Part shown: one piece after another, positions 17,365 to 27,037 of the stretch
How the letters are laid out: each line of letters opens with the position of its first letter
Position numbering within the stretch: position 1 is the stretch's first letter
Translations under genes and position numbers: made by a program
The notes under the pieces: model-generated
The model's input: only the letters and a program-made list of their open reading frames with translations
Databases searched by the model: none
What the model was told of the DNA's origin: nothing
Assembly (NCBI GenBank): GCA_025453445.1
Contig: JALOQJ010000006.1
Span: 2,308-66,307 of the forward strand
DNA length: 64,000 nt
DNA from: Candidatus Omnitrophota bacterium
GTDB lineage: Bacteria > Omnitrophota > Gorgyraeia > Gygaellales > Profunditerraquicolaceae
Direction: 5' to 3'

Positions 17365-19197
17365 GTGGAGGTCGCCAAAGACACGACGATTTTGAATGCG
17401 GCTATTTCTGCAGGAGTCTATATTAAGTCTGCCTGCGGCGGGGATGGGGTATGCGGGCAATGTAAGGTCATTTTAAAAAAAGGAAAGGTTGCGGTTCAGC
17501 CGGCTGGCAGGTTGAGCCCGGAAGAAAAACAAGCAGGAATTCACTTGGCTTGCTTAAGTGAAGTGCATGGAGATTTGGAAGTAGAGATTCCCCCAGAATC
17601 AAAATTGGATTTTGAAAAACTTACTACAGATGCTTATTCAGCAGCAGAAGAAATCGAACCTCCGGCATCAATAATAAAAGAAGGGATTTTTAAACACTCA
17701 CCCCTGGCAACTAAAATTTACCTGGAGCTACCTCAGCCAAACCTTAATGATAAAATTAGTGATTTAGAAAGGCTTTACCGGCAGCTTGCAAAAATAAAAG
17801 TACCGATTTCGCAGATAAGTTTAAGCAATATTAAACGGCTGGGAGAATTACTGCGCGATTCAGACTGGAAAGTAACTGCTACTTTAGCAAAGAAGGATGG
17901 CGTTACGGAAATCGTCCATCTTGAATCAGCTGATACCTCAGGAAAAAATTTCGGGATGTGCTTTGATATCGGCACAACTACAATTTCCGCGCAATTAGTA
18001 GATTTAAATTCAAAACATACTTTAGGCGCAAAAGCCGCTTATAATAAACAGGCTAGTTTTGGCAGCGATGTGATTACGCGGATTATTTATGCCCGGGAAA
18101 AAGACGGATTGGAAAAATTACACAATGCTGTAGCTGAAGAAATGAACAGAATGATCCAGGAATTAATTAAAGAACATAATATTGATTTAAATGACGTAAA
18201 TTGCGTTGTCTGCGCCGGCAATACAACGATGATACAGCTGCTTTTAGAAATAGACCCCAGCTATATCAGAAAAGAGCCCTATGTACCTACTGCTAACTTT
18301 TTACCGGTAATCCGCGCCTCAGAAGTAGAAATAAATATTAACCCCCGCGGCCTGCTTTTCTGCGTTCCGGGAGTTTCCAGCTACGTTGGGGGCGATGTCA
18401 GCGCCGGGGTTTTATCATGCGGGCTAAACAAAGCTAAAAATTTAAGCCTCTTGATTGATATAGGCACAAACGGTGAAATAGTTTTAGGCAATAAGGACTT
18501 TTTAGTGGCATCTGCTGCTTCAGCAGGCCCGGCATTTGAGGGTTCAGGCTTAAGCTGCGGTATGCGCGCATCAGCAGGAGCAATAGAAAAAGTTAAAATT
18601 AATCCGAAAAACTTCTCCGTTGAATATAAAACAATTGGCAGTGCCCGCGCCCGCGGCATCTGCGGCTCAGGCTACATCGATATTATTTCAGAAATGCTGC
18701 GCACGGGATTGATAGATAAGCTTGGCAGGATGAAATCCGGATACAACAAAGAATTCATTATTGTTAAAAAAGAAGAGGCGGATTCTTCAGCTGATATTAT
18801 TATCAGCGAAGCGGATATCGAAAATATTAAACGCGCCAAAGCAGCGATTTATTCGGCAGCATCAGCGTTAATTCGGCATATGGGTTTCGATTTTAAAGAT
18901 CTTAAAAAAATATTTATTGCCGGCGGGTTTGGTACTTCTATTGATATAGAAAAGGCAATTACCATAGGGCTTTTGCCGGGATTAAATAAATCACGTTTTG
19001 TTTTTGTCGGTAATAGCTCGCTTGCCGGAGCCCGGCAGATACTTTTATCAGAAGAAGCAATGGAAAAAGCTGAAAAAATCGCCAAAAAAATTACTTATTT
19101 GGAATTATCAGTGGAGCCATCATATATGGACGAATATATGGCAGCTTTATTTTTTCCGCATACTGATTTAAACAGGTTTCCTTCAATTAGGCATTAA
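17365..19197 (+). CDS. acsV: Reductive activator of corrinoid protein (RACo: 2Fe-2S plus ASKHA); start uncertain
   Basis: CGGDGVCGQC...LAC, DIGTTT, DIGTNGE, AGPAFEG, GICGSG; coding-like sequence extends back to 17332. Confidence 0.88.
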   Translation: MEVAKDTTILNAAISAGVYIKSACGGDGVCGQCKVILKKGKVAVQPAGRLSPEEKQAGIHLACLSEVHGDLEVEIPPESKLDFEKLTTDAYSAAEEIEPPASIIKEGIFKHSPLATKIYLELPQPNLNDKISDLERLYRQLAKIKVPISQISLSNIKRLGELLRDSDWKVTATLAKKDGVTEIVHLESADTSGKNFGMCFDIGTTTISAQLVDLNSKHTLGAKAAYNKQASFGSDVITRIIYAREKDGLEKLHNAVAEEMNRMIQELIKEHNIDLNDVNCVVCAGNTTMIQLLLEIDPSYIRKEPYVPTANFLPVIRASEVEININPRGLLFCVPGVSSYVGGDVSAGVLSCGLNKAKNLSLLIDIGTNGEIVLGNKDFLVASAASAGPAFEGSGLSCGMRASAGAIEKVKINPKNFSVEYKTIGSARARGICGSGYIDIISEMLRTGLIDKLGRMKSGYNKEFIIVKKEEADSSADIIISEADIENIKRAKAAIYSAASALIRHMGFDFKDLKKIFIAGGFGTSIDIEKAITIGLLPGLNKSRFVFVGNSSLAGARQILLSEEAMEKAEKIAKKITYLELSVEPSYMDEYMAALFFPHTDLNRFPSIRH

Positions 19198-19200
19198 GTT

Positions 19201-19947
19201 ATGGGACATGTAATTTTAGTAGCAGGAAAGGGCGGCACAGGAAAAACTACGATTAGCGCGTTGTTAGTCAGGCTGCTGAAAGAAAAAAAAGTTGGTTCTG
19301 TTTTAGCAGTAGATGCCGATCCGAACAGTAACCTGGCGGAAACTCTTGGGTTCAGCCCAAAAGAAACCATTGGTTCTATCTTAAATGATATCTCAACGCA
19401 TCCGGAGCATATCCCAACGAGCATGCCTAAAGACAGGTTTATTGAATATCGGGTACAATCGGTAATTCAGGAGGAAGAGGGTTTTGATTTATTAACTATG
19501 GGCAGGCCAGAAGGCCCAGGCTGCTATTGTTATGTTAACACGGTATTAAGGAATGTTATGGAAAAATTAGTCAACGATTATGATTATATCATTATCGATA
19601 ATGAGGCAGGACTGGAGCACCTTTCACGCAAGATTACCCGTTCAGCCGAGGCATTGGTTGTAGTCACTCAAGACACAAACGTTAGTTTAAAAGCAGCAGC
19701 GAGAATCCGCGGCATTGCTAAAGAGCTTGATATTAGAACTAAAAAAAATCTTTTGATTATTAATCGTACGGATAAGAATATCGAACAGGAGAAAATAAAA
19801 CATTTAGATCTGGATTATGCAGGTTATGTGCCTGAAGACGAAGAAATTACTAAAATGAGCTTCGACGGCAATTCTTTGCTTAAACTAAATAGCCAGGCAA
19901 TCAGCATCGATGCTTTACGCAAAATAGGAGAAAAAATATGGAGTTGA
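19201..19947 (+). CDS. cooC: CooC/AcsF nickel-insertion ATPase
   Basis: GKGGTGKT, DADPN, GPGCYC, DNEAGLEHL. Confidence 0.9.
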   Translation: MGHVILVAGKGGTGKTTISALLVRLLKEKKVGSVLAVDADPNSNLAETLGFSPKETIGSILNDISTHPEHIPTSMPKDRFIEYRVQSVIQEEEGFDLLTMGRPEGPGCYCYVNTVLRNVMEKLVNDYDYIIIDNEAGLEHLSRKITRSAEALVVVTQDTNVSLKAAARIRGIAKELDIRTKKNLLIINRTDKNIEQEKIKHLDLDYAGYVPEDEEITKMSFDGNSLLKLNSQAISIDALRKIGEKIWS

Positions 19948-20843
19948 TGTTTGAAAAATGGGCAGGCGCTGTTTCTGTATTAAATATTGGAGCAACTAAA
20001 GAAGAGGGCGGCACGCGCGCGAAAACGATTCAAATCGGCGGAGAAAAAACACTGCCGTTTTTATTTGCCGAGGGCGCCTTGCCGCATAAACCAGTGATTG
20101 CTTTTGAAATCTGGGATGTTCCGCCTCAAGACTGGCCGGGAGAGAAAGATGTTTTGTCCTGGGCTGAAATTTGCGCCAAGGATTACGGCGCAGAATTGCT
20201 TTGCCTGCGTTTACAGGGATCTCACCCTGATTTTGGCAATAAAAGCGCTGCTGATCAGGCAAAGTTAGTGGTACAACTATTAAAAAAGGTTTCTCTGCCT
20301 CTGGTAATTTTAGGTTGTGGTGATGATACAAAAGACAATCTGGTCCTGCCTGCATGTTGTGAGGCAGCCCGTGGCGAACGCTGTTTAATTGGCAGCGCCA
20401 CGCAGGATAGTTATAAAACTTTAACCGCCGCTGTTCTAGCAGACGGGCACAATATTATTGCCGAATCCCCGATTGATATTAACATTGCCAAGCAGCTGAA
20501 TATTCTCATCTCTGATATGGGCCTAGCCTTGGAACGTATTGCTGTTAATCCAACCATTGGTGCTCTGGGCTACGGACTAGAATATGCTTATTCCATCATG
20601 GAACGCGCACGGCTGGCAGGGCTTTCCGGAGACAAAACCTTGGCTTGCCCTTTTATTTGTTTTGTCGGACAGGAAGCCTGGAGAGCGAAAGAAGCAAAAG
20701 AAGCCGGAATAGAACAGGGAATTCTCTGGGAAGCAATTACTGCTACGGCTTTAATTCAGGCTGGTGCAGATTTATTGGTTATGCGTCATCCTAAGGCGAT
20801 CGAAAAAGTAAAAAAATATATCGGAGGACTATTTAGGAGCTAA
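19938..20843 (+). CDS. acsD: Corrinoid Fe-S protein small subunit
   Basis: GGEKTLPF, SPIDINIAKQLN, LGYGLEY, GADLLVMRHP. Confidence 0.93.
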   Translation: MELMFEKWAGAVSVLNIGATKEEGGTRAKTIQIGGEKTLPFLFAEGALPHKPVIAFEIWDVPPQDWPGEKDVLSWAEICAKDYGAELLCLRLQGSHPDFGNKSAADQAKLVVQLLKKVSLPLVILGCGDDTKDNLVLPACCEAARGERCLIGSATQDSYKTLTAAVLADGHNIIAESPIDINIAKQLNILISDMGLALERIAVNPTIGALGYGLEYAYSIMERARLAGLSGDKTLACPFICFVGQEAWRAKEAKEAGIEQGILWEAITATALIQAGADLLVMRHPKAIEKVKKYIGGLFRS

Positions 20844-20845
20844 AA

Positions 20846-21634
20846 ATGTTTATTATCGGTGAACTTATTAACGGTATGTACGCTAATATCGGCAGGGCAA
20901 TTAAAGAAAAAAACAAAGCAATTGTCCAAAAGTGTGCCCTAGAACAGGTAAATTCCGGCGCAGATGCTTTGGATGTTAACTGCGGCCCGGCTTCGCATAA
21001 TCCACTAAGCGATATACAATGGTTGATTGAAACTATCCAGGAAGTAACTGATAAACCTCTGGCTTTAGATTCCAGTAAAATAGAGGTAATCGAATCGGGC
21101 TTGAAGGTTATAAAAAATAAACCGATTATCAACTCTACTACTGCTGATAGCCAAAAATTGGAAAAGCTTATTCCTTTGGCAAAAAAATATCAGGCTAAAT
21201 TAATCGGCCTGACAATCAGTTCTAAAGGCATACCGCAGAACAAAGACCAGAGGCTAGAGCTGGCAGCTTTGATAATTGCCGCTTGCATTGATCATGATTT
21301 TTCCGTAGAAGATCTTTATCTTGATCCGATAGTCCTACCGGTTAACGTTGCTCAGGCACAGATGAAAGATATTCTGGAATCAATTAAAGAATTTAAAATT
21401 ATTTCTGAACCCTGCCCGAAAACTATTGTTGGTTTAAGCAATGTTTCCCAGGGGACAAATACCCGCAGCCTGATTAACCGCACATTTTTGGTGATGGCTA
21501 TTGCCAACGGCCTAGATGCGGCGATATTAGATCCTCTTGATTCAGAATTGATTGATGCTGCAATTACCGCGGATTTAATCCTGAATAAACAAATATACTG
21601 CAATTCTTATTTGCAGGCATACAGAAAGAAGTAA
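20846..21634 (+). CDS. acsE: Methyl-THF:corrinoid protein methyltransferase
   Basis: IIGELING, LDVN, IINS, GLSNVSQG, DAAILDP. Confidence 0.92.
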   Translation: MFIIGELINGMYANIGRAIKEKNKAIVQKCALEQVNSGADALDVNCGPASHNPLSDIQWLIETIQEVTDKPLALDSSKIEVIESGLKVIKNKPIINSTTADSQKLEKLIPLAKKYQAKLIGLTISSKGIPQNKDQRLELAALIIAACIDHDFSVEDLYLDPIVLPVNVAQAQMKDILESIKEFKIISEPCPKTIVGLSNVSQGTNTRSLINRTFLVMAIANGLDAAILDPLDSELIDAAITADLILNKQIYCNSYLQAYRKK

Positions 21635-21635
21635 A

Positions 21636-22025
21636 ATGGCACACAACAAACTGATTAGGCGCATATTGGGTTTACGTGGATTCTGGGAAAGCCTGAAGTT
21701 TGCATTAAGAGGCATGCTTTACCTCTTTGCTTATCACCGTAATATGCGGATTATTTTCACTACCGGGATAATCGTATTTTTTATCGGTTTGTTTATCATT
21801 AAATTATCCGGCCTTGAATTGGCAGTTTTGTGTATTACGATTACAGTTGTTTTTATCGCAGAGATATTCAATACGGCTATCGAGCTGGTCCTCGATATGA
21901 CGCAAAATAAATACCATACTCTGATAAAACTGATTAAAGATATTGCTGCGGGAGTAGTCTTAATTGCCTCTTTAAACGCGCTTGCCGTGGGCCTGATCCT
22001 TTTTATAAAAAAATTACTAGTTTAA
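21636..22025 (+). CDS. dgkA: Diacylglycerol/undecaprenol kinase family
   Basis: EIFNTAIE, IKDIAAGVVL; three TM segments. Confidence 0.88.
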   Translation: MAHNKLIRRILGLRGFWESLKFALRGMLYLFAYHRNMRIIFTTGIIVFFIGLFIIKLSGLELAVLCITITVVFIAEIFNTAIELVLDMTQNKYHTLIKLIKDIAAGVVLIASLNALAVGLILFIKKLLV

Positions 22026-22031
22026 CTTTCC

Positions 22032-22646
22032 ATGCCTAAAAATATAATTATTGCCTTAACTGCCGGATTTATAATACTGGCATTAGCCTTTGCATCTGTT
22101 TTACGCTATTTTAACCGCCGGGACGCAGTCAGTTTGCGGCAAGCAAGACAGCTGGAACAAGAAAAAGAAGAAGCAGAATTTAATCAGGCTAAACTTTTGG
22201 AAGAGTTGAAAAAACAAAAATATGACGTAATCGCCTTTGAAAGTGCTTTGGCTACCGTGGAACTTCCGGCTTCCGAGAAATACGCTGATCAGGAAAAAAT
22301 AATGAAGCAGCTGAAAAGCGGCGAAGTATCCGTGTACGCCGCTTCTGATGCAATTAACGCGACTAAAATCCAGTGTGAAAAGGCCCAGAAAGAAATTATG
22401 TTTATCCGGGTCCCTGCGGCATTGCCAAAAACAACCCAGAAGCAGTTAGAGGAGGTAAAAACAGATATTGCCGCGGGCTACGCTAAAAAAACAGTGGCTT
22501 TAGATTATCTATTAAAATTTCTCGATGATGGTAAGCCGTTGTATGAGCGTAAATTTAACGAAAGCTTGAAAGATGCCCGTCAGTTTTCTACTAGCGCAGC
22601 GCTCAGCCTGTTGGAAGTAAAAAAGAAGGTAGGGTTTGAATTTTAA
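22032..22646 (+). CDS. Hypothetical membrane-anchored helical protein
   Basis: N-terminal TM helix, charged helical body. Confidence 0.7.
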   Translation: MPKNIIIALTAGFIILALAFASVLRYFNRRDAVSLRQARQLEQEKEEAEFNQAKLLEELKKQKYDVIAFESALATVELPASEKYADQEKIMKQLKSGEVSVYAASDAINATKIQCEKAQKEIMFIRVPAALPKTTQKQLEEVKTDIAAGYAKKTVALDYLLKFLDDGKPLYERKFNESLKDARQFSTSAALSLLEVKKKVGFEF

Positions 22647-22679
22647 AAATATTGTGTTAAAATAAGCCTGCAATTATAT

Positions 22680-22756
22680 GGCGGAGTAGCTCAGCCTGAT
22701 AGAGCACGCGGCTCATACCCGCTTGGTCGGTGGTTTAAATCCACTCTCCGCCACCA
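22680..22756 (+). tRNA. tRNA-Met (CAT), elongator type
   Basis: GGCGGAG/CTCCGCC acceptor stem, loop CTCATAC, encoded ACCA. Confidence 0.9.
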
Positions 22757-22762
22757 ACTTTC

Positions 22763-24013
22763 CTATTTTAATCTACTCATGATTTTTAGGGTCAGGACAA
22801 GAATCCCCAATTCGATAGCTACGGTAGAAAAAGCAGCTCCCAGGTAAGAAAAAAGCCATACTGAATATAATAATACCGGAAGGCCAACCCATGCTGCTGC
22901 CACATGGATGCGTGAATAAATTTCGGATTTTCCACTCACTAACAAAAACTGAGTCCTAAAAGCATTAGCTACCACGAAGAATACCCCGACTATAAGAAAC
23001 CTTAAAGTAATTATCGTTTCGGGATAAGCTTTGCCACAAATAACGCGGACGATCAAAGGCGACAATAAAATAGCAATCGGCAGGGAAAACATGTAAGTTA
23101 CGGTAGTGGAGTGCTGCAGGCGGTACATTAATTTAAGCGAACGCTTTTTATTCTTATGAAAAATTTTGCTTAAACGCGGGTAAACTGCCTGTGTAAAAGC
23201 ATCTAAAGGGAATGATTGTATAACCCCGGCGATCTTTTCGGCAATAGCATAAAAGCCGGTCAGGGTATTGTTTGTTAAAAGGCCGACAATAAAAATCCGG
23301 GTTGTGGTATAGGTATTTATGGCAACCGTAGAAATAAAAATATTCCAGCCGGTTTTTAATTCTTCTTTAATATCTTTATAAGTCTGAAATACATACTCCA
23401 ACTTAAATTCCCTGAAAGCGATGCGCAGGCCGATAAAACCGGTAACCAGAAAAAATAGTGAATTAAAAAACGGTAGAAGCAGGTAATCTCCGGGGCCTTT
23501 GATAAAAACAAATACGGAAAGTGCATAAATTATGCCGCCGATAATGTTAATTGAAGCAGTATAAATCATTTTTTCTTTTCCTTGAAAAAACCAGGCAGGG
23601 AAAAGAGTATTACCAATGACTGCGCCAAAACTTAGAACAAAAATCAGCCATTCATTCCTGAAGCGGGGGATAAAATAAACTATTGCGGCCATAACCAGGA
23701 AACTTAGGGCAGCAAGTATGATCTTTACCGTCATTACCGAAGAGAAAATTGCGCAGGCTTTATCTTCAGCACATAGTGAAATTTTTCTTGTCGCAGAAAG
23801 GCTGAAACCATAATCTGTAATAATCATAAAATATTGCACGAATGACTGAGCAAAGGCAATCAGGCCGAATTTTTCCGGGCCGATTACCCTGATTAAATAA
23901 GGCAAAACCAGTATCGGCAGGATATAGTTTATGCCTTGCAGGGTAGAAAGGGAGAAAAAATTCTCCAAAACAATTTTTTTCTCAGCATGAGTTATAATTT
24001 TATGCTTAGCCAT
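22763..24013 (-). CDS. Wzx/RfbX-type flippase
   Basis: ENFFSL, PYLIRVIGPEKFG, DYGF, WFFQGKEKM; multi-TM. Confidence 0.88.
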   Translation of the reverse strand: MAKHKIITHAEKKIVLENFFSLSTLQGINYILPILVLPYLIRVIGPEKFGLIAFAQSFVQYFMIITDYGFSLSATRKISLCAEDKACAIFSSVMTVKIILAALSFLVMAAIVYFIPRFRNEWLIFVLSFGAVIGNTLFPAWFFQGKEKMIYTASINIIGGIIYALSVFVFIKGPGDYLLLPFFNSLFFLVTGFIGLRIAFREFKLEYVFQTYKDIKEELKTGWNIFISTVAINTYTTTRIFIVGLLTNNTLTGFYAIAEKIAGVIQSFPLDAFTQAVYPRLSKIFHKNKKRSLKLMYRLQHSTTVTYMFSLPIAILLSPLIVRVICGKAYPETIITLRFLIVGVFFVVANAFRTQFLLVSGKSEIYSRIHVAAAWVGLPVLLYSVWLFSYLGAAFSTVAIELGILVLTLKIMSRLK

Positions 24014-24019
24014 AAAATT

Positions 24020-24048
24020 AATTTACACTCGAAAATGCACGAAGTCAA
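24020..24048 (-). promoter_or_regulatory. Sigma70 promoter of flippase gene
   Basis: TTGACT-17 nt-TAAATT-6 nt-ATG on minus strand. Confidence 0.6.
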
Positions 24049-24083
24049 TATTTAAAATAACGTAAACAAATTTTGCTTTTAGC

Positions 24084-24112
24084 TTTACGCCCTGTGAATT
24101 AAGTGTTAAAAT
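24084..24112 (+). promoter_or_regulatory. Sigma70 promoter of tilS
   Basis: TTTACG-17 nt-TAAAAT with TGn extension, 6 nt before ATG. Confidence 0.6.
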
Positions 24113-24118
24113 CTAACC

Positions 24119-25084
24119 ATGATTAGAGATAAAGTAAAAGGCACAATCGGCAAATATAAGCTGCTTTGTAAAAACGATAAAATCGTCATCGGCCTCTCCG
24201 GCGGGCCGGACTCAGTGGCGTTGTTATATTTATTAAACGGCCTAAAAAAAGAGTTTAAACTCCACCTGTATGCTGCGCATTTAGACCATGGCATCAGAAA
24301 AAGTTCAAAACGCGATGCTGAATTCAGCGCCTGTTTAGCAAACAAACTAAAAATTCCATTTTTTACAAGTAGAATTAATATAAAGGAGCTTGGAGGAAAA
24401 GGTTCGCTTGAAGAAATCTGCCGTAAAGCACGCCTGATTTTTTTATCCCAGATTGCCAAGGAGACCGGCGCTGATAAAATCGCATTAGGGCATAATCTCG
24501 ACGATCAGGCAGAAACCGTACTTATGCGTATCTTACGCGGCTCAGGGCTTTACGGCCTATCGGCGATACTGCCAAAAAGAACGATCAATGGCTTTGAAAT
24601 TATCAGGCCTTTAATTAATATTCAGCGTAAAGAAATAGAAAAGTACCTAAAAAAAATTAAGGTTAATCCGCAAATCGATAAAACAAACTCAAAGGATATT
24701 TACCTGCGCAACAAAATCAGGAATAAACTCATGCCGGTGCTGGAAAAGGAGTATAATTTAAATGTGAAAGTTGCCTTGAGCAACCTTGCGCAATCAAGTG
24801 CCTTAGATTACGATTATCTGGCCGCGCAAGCCAATCGAATCATGAAAAAAATAGGTAAAAAGATCGATCTGAAAAAATTCAGCCTGTTGCACTTGGCAAT
24901 GCAAAGAATGATCCTGCGCCGCCATATTGCCGAAATTAAAGGAGATACACGCAAAGTAGATTTTCAGCACATCAGAGAGATTGAGGAGTTGATTTCCAGC
25001 CGGCCATCAGGAGCTATTGTTGACCTGCCCAAAGGCGTATCTGCAGTAAAAAAGGGGAATTTCCTGTCTTTTTACAGAAGGTAA
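24119..25084 (+). CDS. tilS: tRNA(Ile) lysidine synthase
   Basis: SGGPDS, HLDHGIR, GHNLDDQAET, RNKIR; precedes ftsH. Confidence 0.95.
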   Translation: MIRDKVKGTIGKYKLLCKNDKIVIGLSGGPDSVALLYLLNGLKKEFKLHLYAAHLDHGIRKSSKRDAEFSACLANKLKIPFFTSRINIKELGGKGSLEEICRKARLIFLSQIAKETGADKIALGHNLDDQAETVLMRILRGSGLYGLSAILPKRTINGFEIIRPLINIQRKEIEKYLKKIKVNPQIDKTNSKDIYLRNKIRNKLMPVLEKEYNLNVKVALSNLAQSSALDYDYLAAQANRIMKKIGKKIDLKKFSLLHLAMQRMILRRHIAEIKGDTRKVDFQHIREIEELISSRPSGAIVDLPKGVSAVKKGNFLSFYRR

Positions 25085-25100
25085 ATTGTTTAATAAATCC

Positions 25101-25129
25101 TTGATTTTATAGCCACTTAAATATATAAT
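25101..25129 (+). promoter_or_regulatory. Sigma70 promoter of ftsH
   Basis: TTGATT-17 nt-TATAAT. Confidence 0.6.
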
Positions 25130-25153
25130 ATAAAATCTAAATTGGAGAAAAAA

Positions 25154-27034
25154 ATGCTAAATCAAAAGAACTTGAAAGCTAAGAAAAATAAGCTTTTCAA
25201 CCGCTCACCATGGGGTTGGATAGTGGTAATTTTCATTGTTTATCTTCTAGTAAGTTCACTGAATGTATCAGTTAATGGTGTGCCCAAAGAAATCACTTAC
25301 GGCAGTTTTTACCAGGTTTTGAAACATAATCCAGAAAAAATTATAGCCCTGACTAAGGTTGAAGTAGAACTTACCGGTGAGTTCAGTGAGCCAATAAAGA
25401 TTAATAACGAAAATATTAAATTATTCAAGGTGAATATCCCTGATAATGACCAGGAGTTGCTGGGGTTAATCAGGCAGAATGTAGCGAATTTTCAGGTTAA
25501 ACCTGCGCGTACCTTTTGGGCAGCCTTAATTTTTAACTTAGGCCCGATACTATTGTTAATTTTCTTCTGGTGGTTTATGGCTGCTAGAGGAGAACAATTG
25601 GGTAATCGAATCATGGGTTTTGGGAAAGCTAGGGCGGCAATCCATAGTGAAACAAACGAAAAGGTGACTTTTAATGACGTAGCAGGAGTAGATGAAGCTC
25701 GGGAAGAATTACAGGAGGTAATTGAATTTTTAAAGGACCCGAAAAAATTTCAGCGCTTAGGCGGTAAAATTCCCAAAGGAGTATTACTCGTCGGGCCTCC
25801 AGGCTGCGGTAAGACCCTGATTGCCCGGGCAGTTGCCGGAGAAGCGGGTGTACCGTTTTTTAGTATTTCGGGCTCGGATTTTGTCGAAATGTTCGTCGGC
25901 GTAGGCGCATCCCGCGTGCGTGATTTATTTGATCAGGGAAGAAAAGCCGGAAAAACTTCCGGAAAAGGCGCTATTATTTTTATTGATGAAATTGATGCTG
26001 TTGGCCGCTTGCGTTTTTCCGGTATTGGCGGAGGGCATGACGAAAGAGAGCAAACCCTAAACCAACTATTAGTAGAAATGGATGGTTTTGATACTGATCA
26101 GGGATTGATTTTAATTGCCGCTACTAACCGTCCGGACACGCTTGATCCGGCATTGTTAAGGCCGGGAAGATTTGACCGCACGATTATCGTTAATCTTCCG
26201 GATATTAAAGGCAGGGAAGAAATTCTTAAGGTACATACTCGTAAAATAAAACTTGCTGCTAATGTTGATTTAAAATCTATTGCCGCACAAACTCCGGGTT
26301 TTTCCGGTGCAGATCTGGCAAATCTCTGTAATGAAGCAGCTTTATTGGCTGCCCGGCATGGCAAGGAGGCGGTAGAATTGTTTGAATTTGAAAGGTCAGT
26401 GGAAAGAGTGCTGATGGGGCCGGAAAAAAAGAGCCACATTATATCTAAAAAAGAAAAAGAAATTACTAGCCTTCATGAATCCGGGCATGCACTTCTTTCG
26501 CTGCTGCTGCCGCAGGTAAATACTTTAAAAAAAGTTTCCATTATCCCCCGCGGTTTAGCTGGCGGCTATACCTTTACTCCGCCTGCTGAAGACAGGCATT
26601 ACTGGACAAAAAAAGAATTAATCGCTGAAATTACCCTGATGTTGGGCGGCAGAGCATCAGAAGAAATAAACCTGGATGAAGTTACTACTGGCGCGCAGAA
26701 CGACCTTGAAATGGCAACAGGCATGGCGCGGCGCATGGTTACCCAGTTTGGCATGTCAGAAAAAATAGGTAATGTTACTTTGGGCAAACGGGAAGGTTTA
26801 TTGTTCCTCGGCCGTGATATTATGGAGGAAAAAAATTACAGCGAACAAACCGCGCGCCTTATTGATGAAGAAATTAAACTTATCGTAGATAATGCCTATA
26901 CCCAGGCTAAAAATCTATTGCAGCAGAATTCAGAAAAACTAAAGGCCTTGTCCAATGCCCTTATTGAAAAAGAGGTCCTAAGCGGAGAAGAAGTTAAAAA
27001 ATTACTGGGGATAGAAAAACAAGACTTAGTTTAG
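25154..27034 (+). CDS. ftsH: ATP-dependent zinc metalloprotease FtsH
   Basis: Two TM helices, [27 protein letters not shown]; GGAG before ATG 25154. Confidence 0.97.
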   Translation: MLNQKNLKAKKNKLFNRSPWGWIVVIFIVYLLVSSLNVSVNGVPKEITYGSFYQVLKHNPEKIIALTKVEVELTGEFSEPIKINNENIKLFKVNIPDNDQELLGLIRQNVANFQVKPARTFWAALIFNLGPILLLIFFWWFMAARGEQLGNRIMGFGKARAAIHSETNEKVTFNDVAGVDEAREELQEVIEFLKDPKKFQRLGGKIPKGVLLVGPPGCGKTLIARAVAGEAGVPFFSISGSDFVEMFVGVGASRVRDLFDQGRKAGKTSGKGAIIFIDEIDAVGRLRFSGIGGGHDEREQTLNQLLVEMDGFDTDQGLILIAATNRPDTLDPALLRPGRFDRTIIVNLPDIKGREEILKVHTRKIKLAANVDLKSIAAQTPGFSGADLANLCNEAALLAARHGKEAVELFEFERSVERVLMGPEKKSHIISKKEKEITSLHESGHALLSLLLPQVNTLKKVSIIPRGLAGGYTFTPPAEDRHYWTKKELIAEITLMLGGRASEEINLDEVTTGAQNDLEMATGMARRMVTQFGMSEKIGNVTLGKREGLLFLGRDIMEEKNYSEQTARLIDEEIKLIVDNAYTQAKNLLQQNSEKLKALSNALIEKEVLSGEEVKKLLGIEKQDLV

Positions 27035-27037
27035 AGT

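Noticed and set aside
22680-22756. tRNA-Ile2 or initiator tRNA, given nearby tilS
   Set aside because: Paired G1-C72 and the GGCGG acceptor with CTCATAC loop fit elongator Met.
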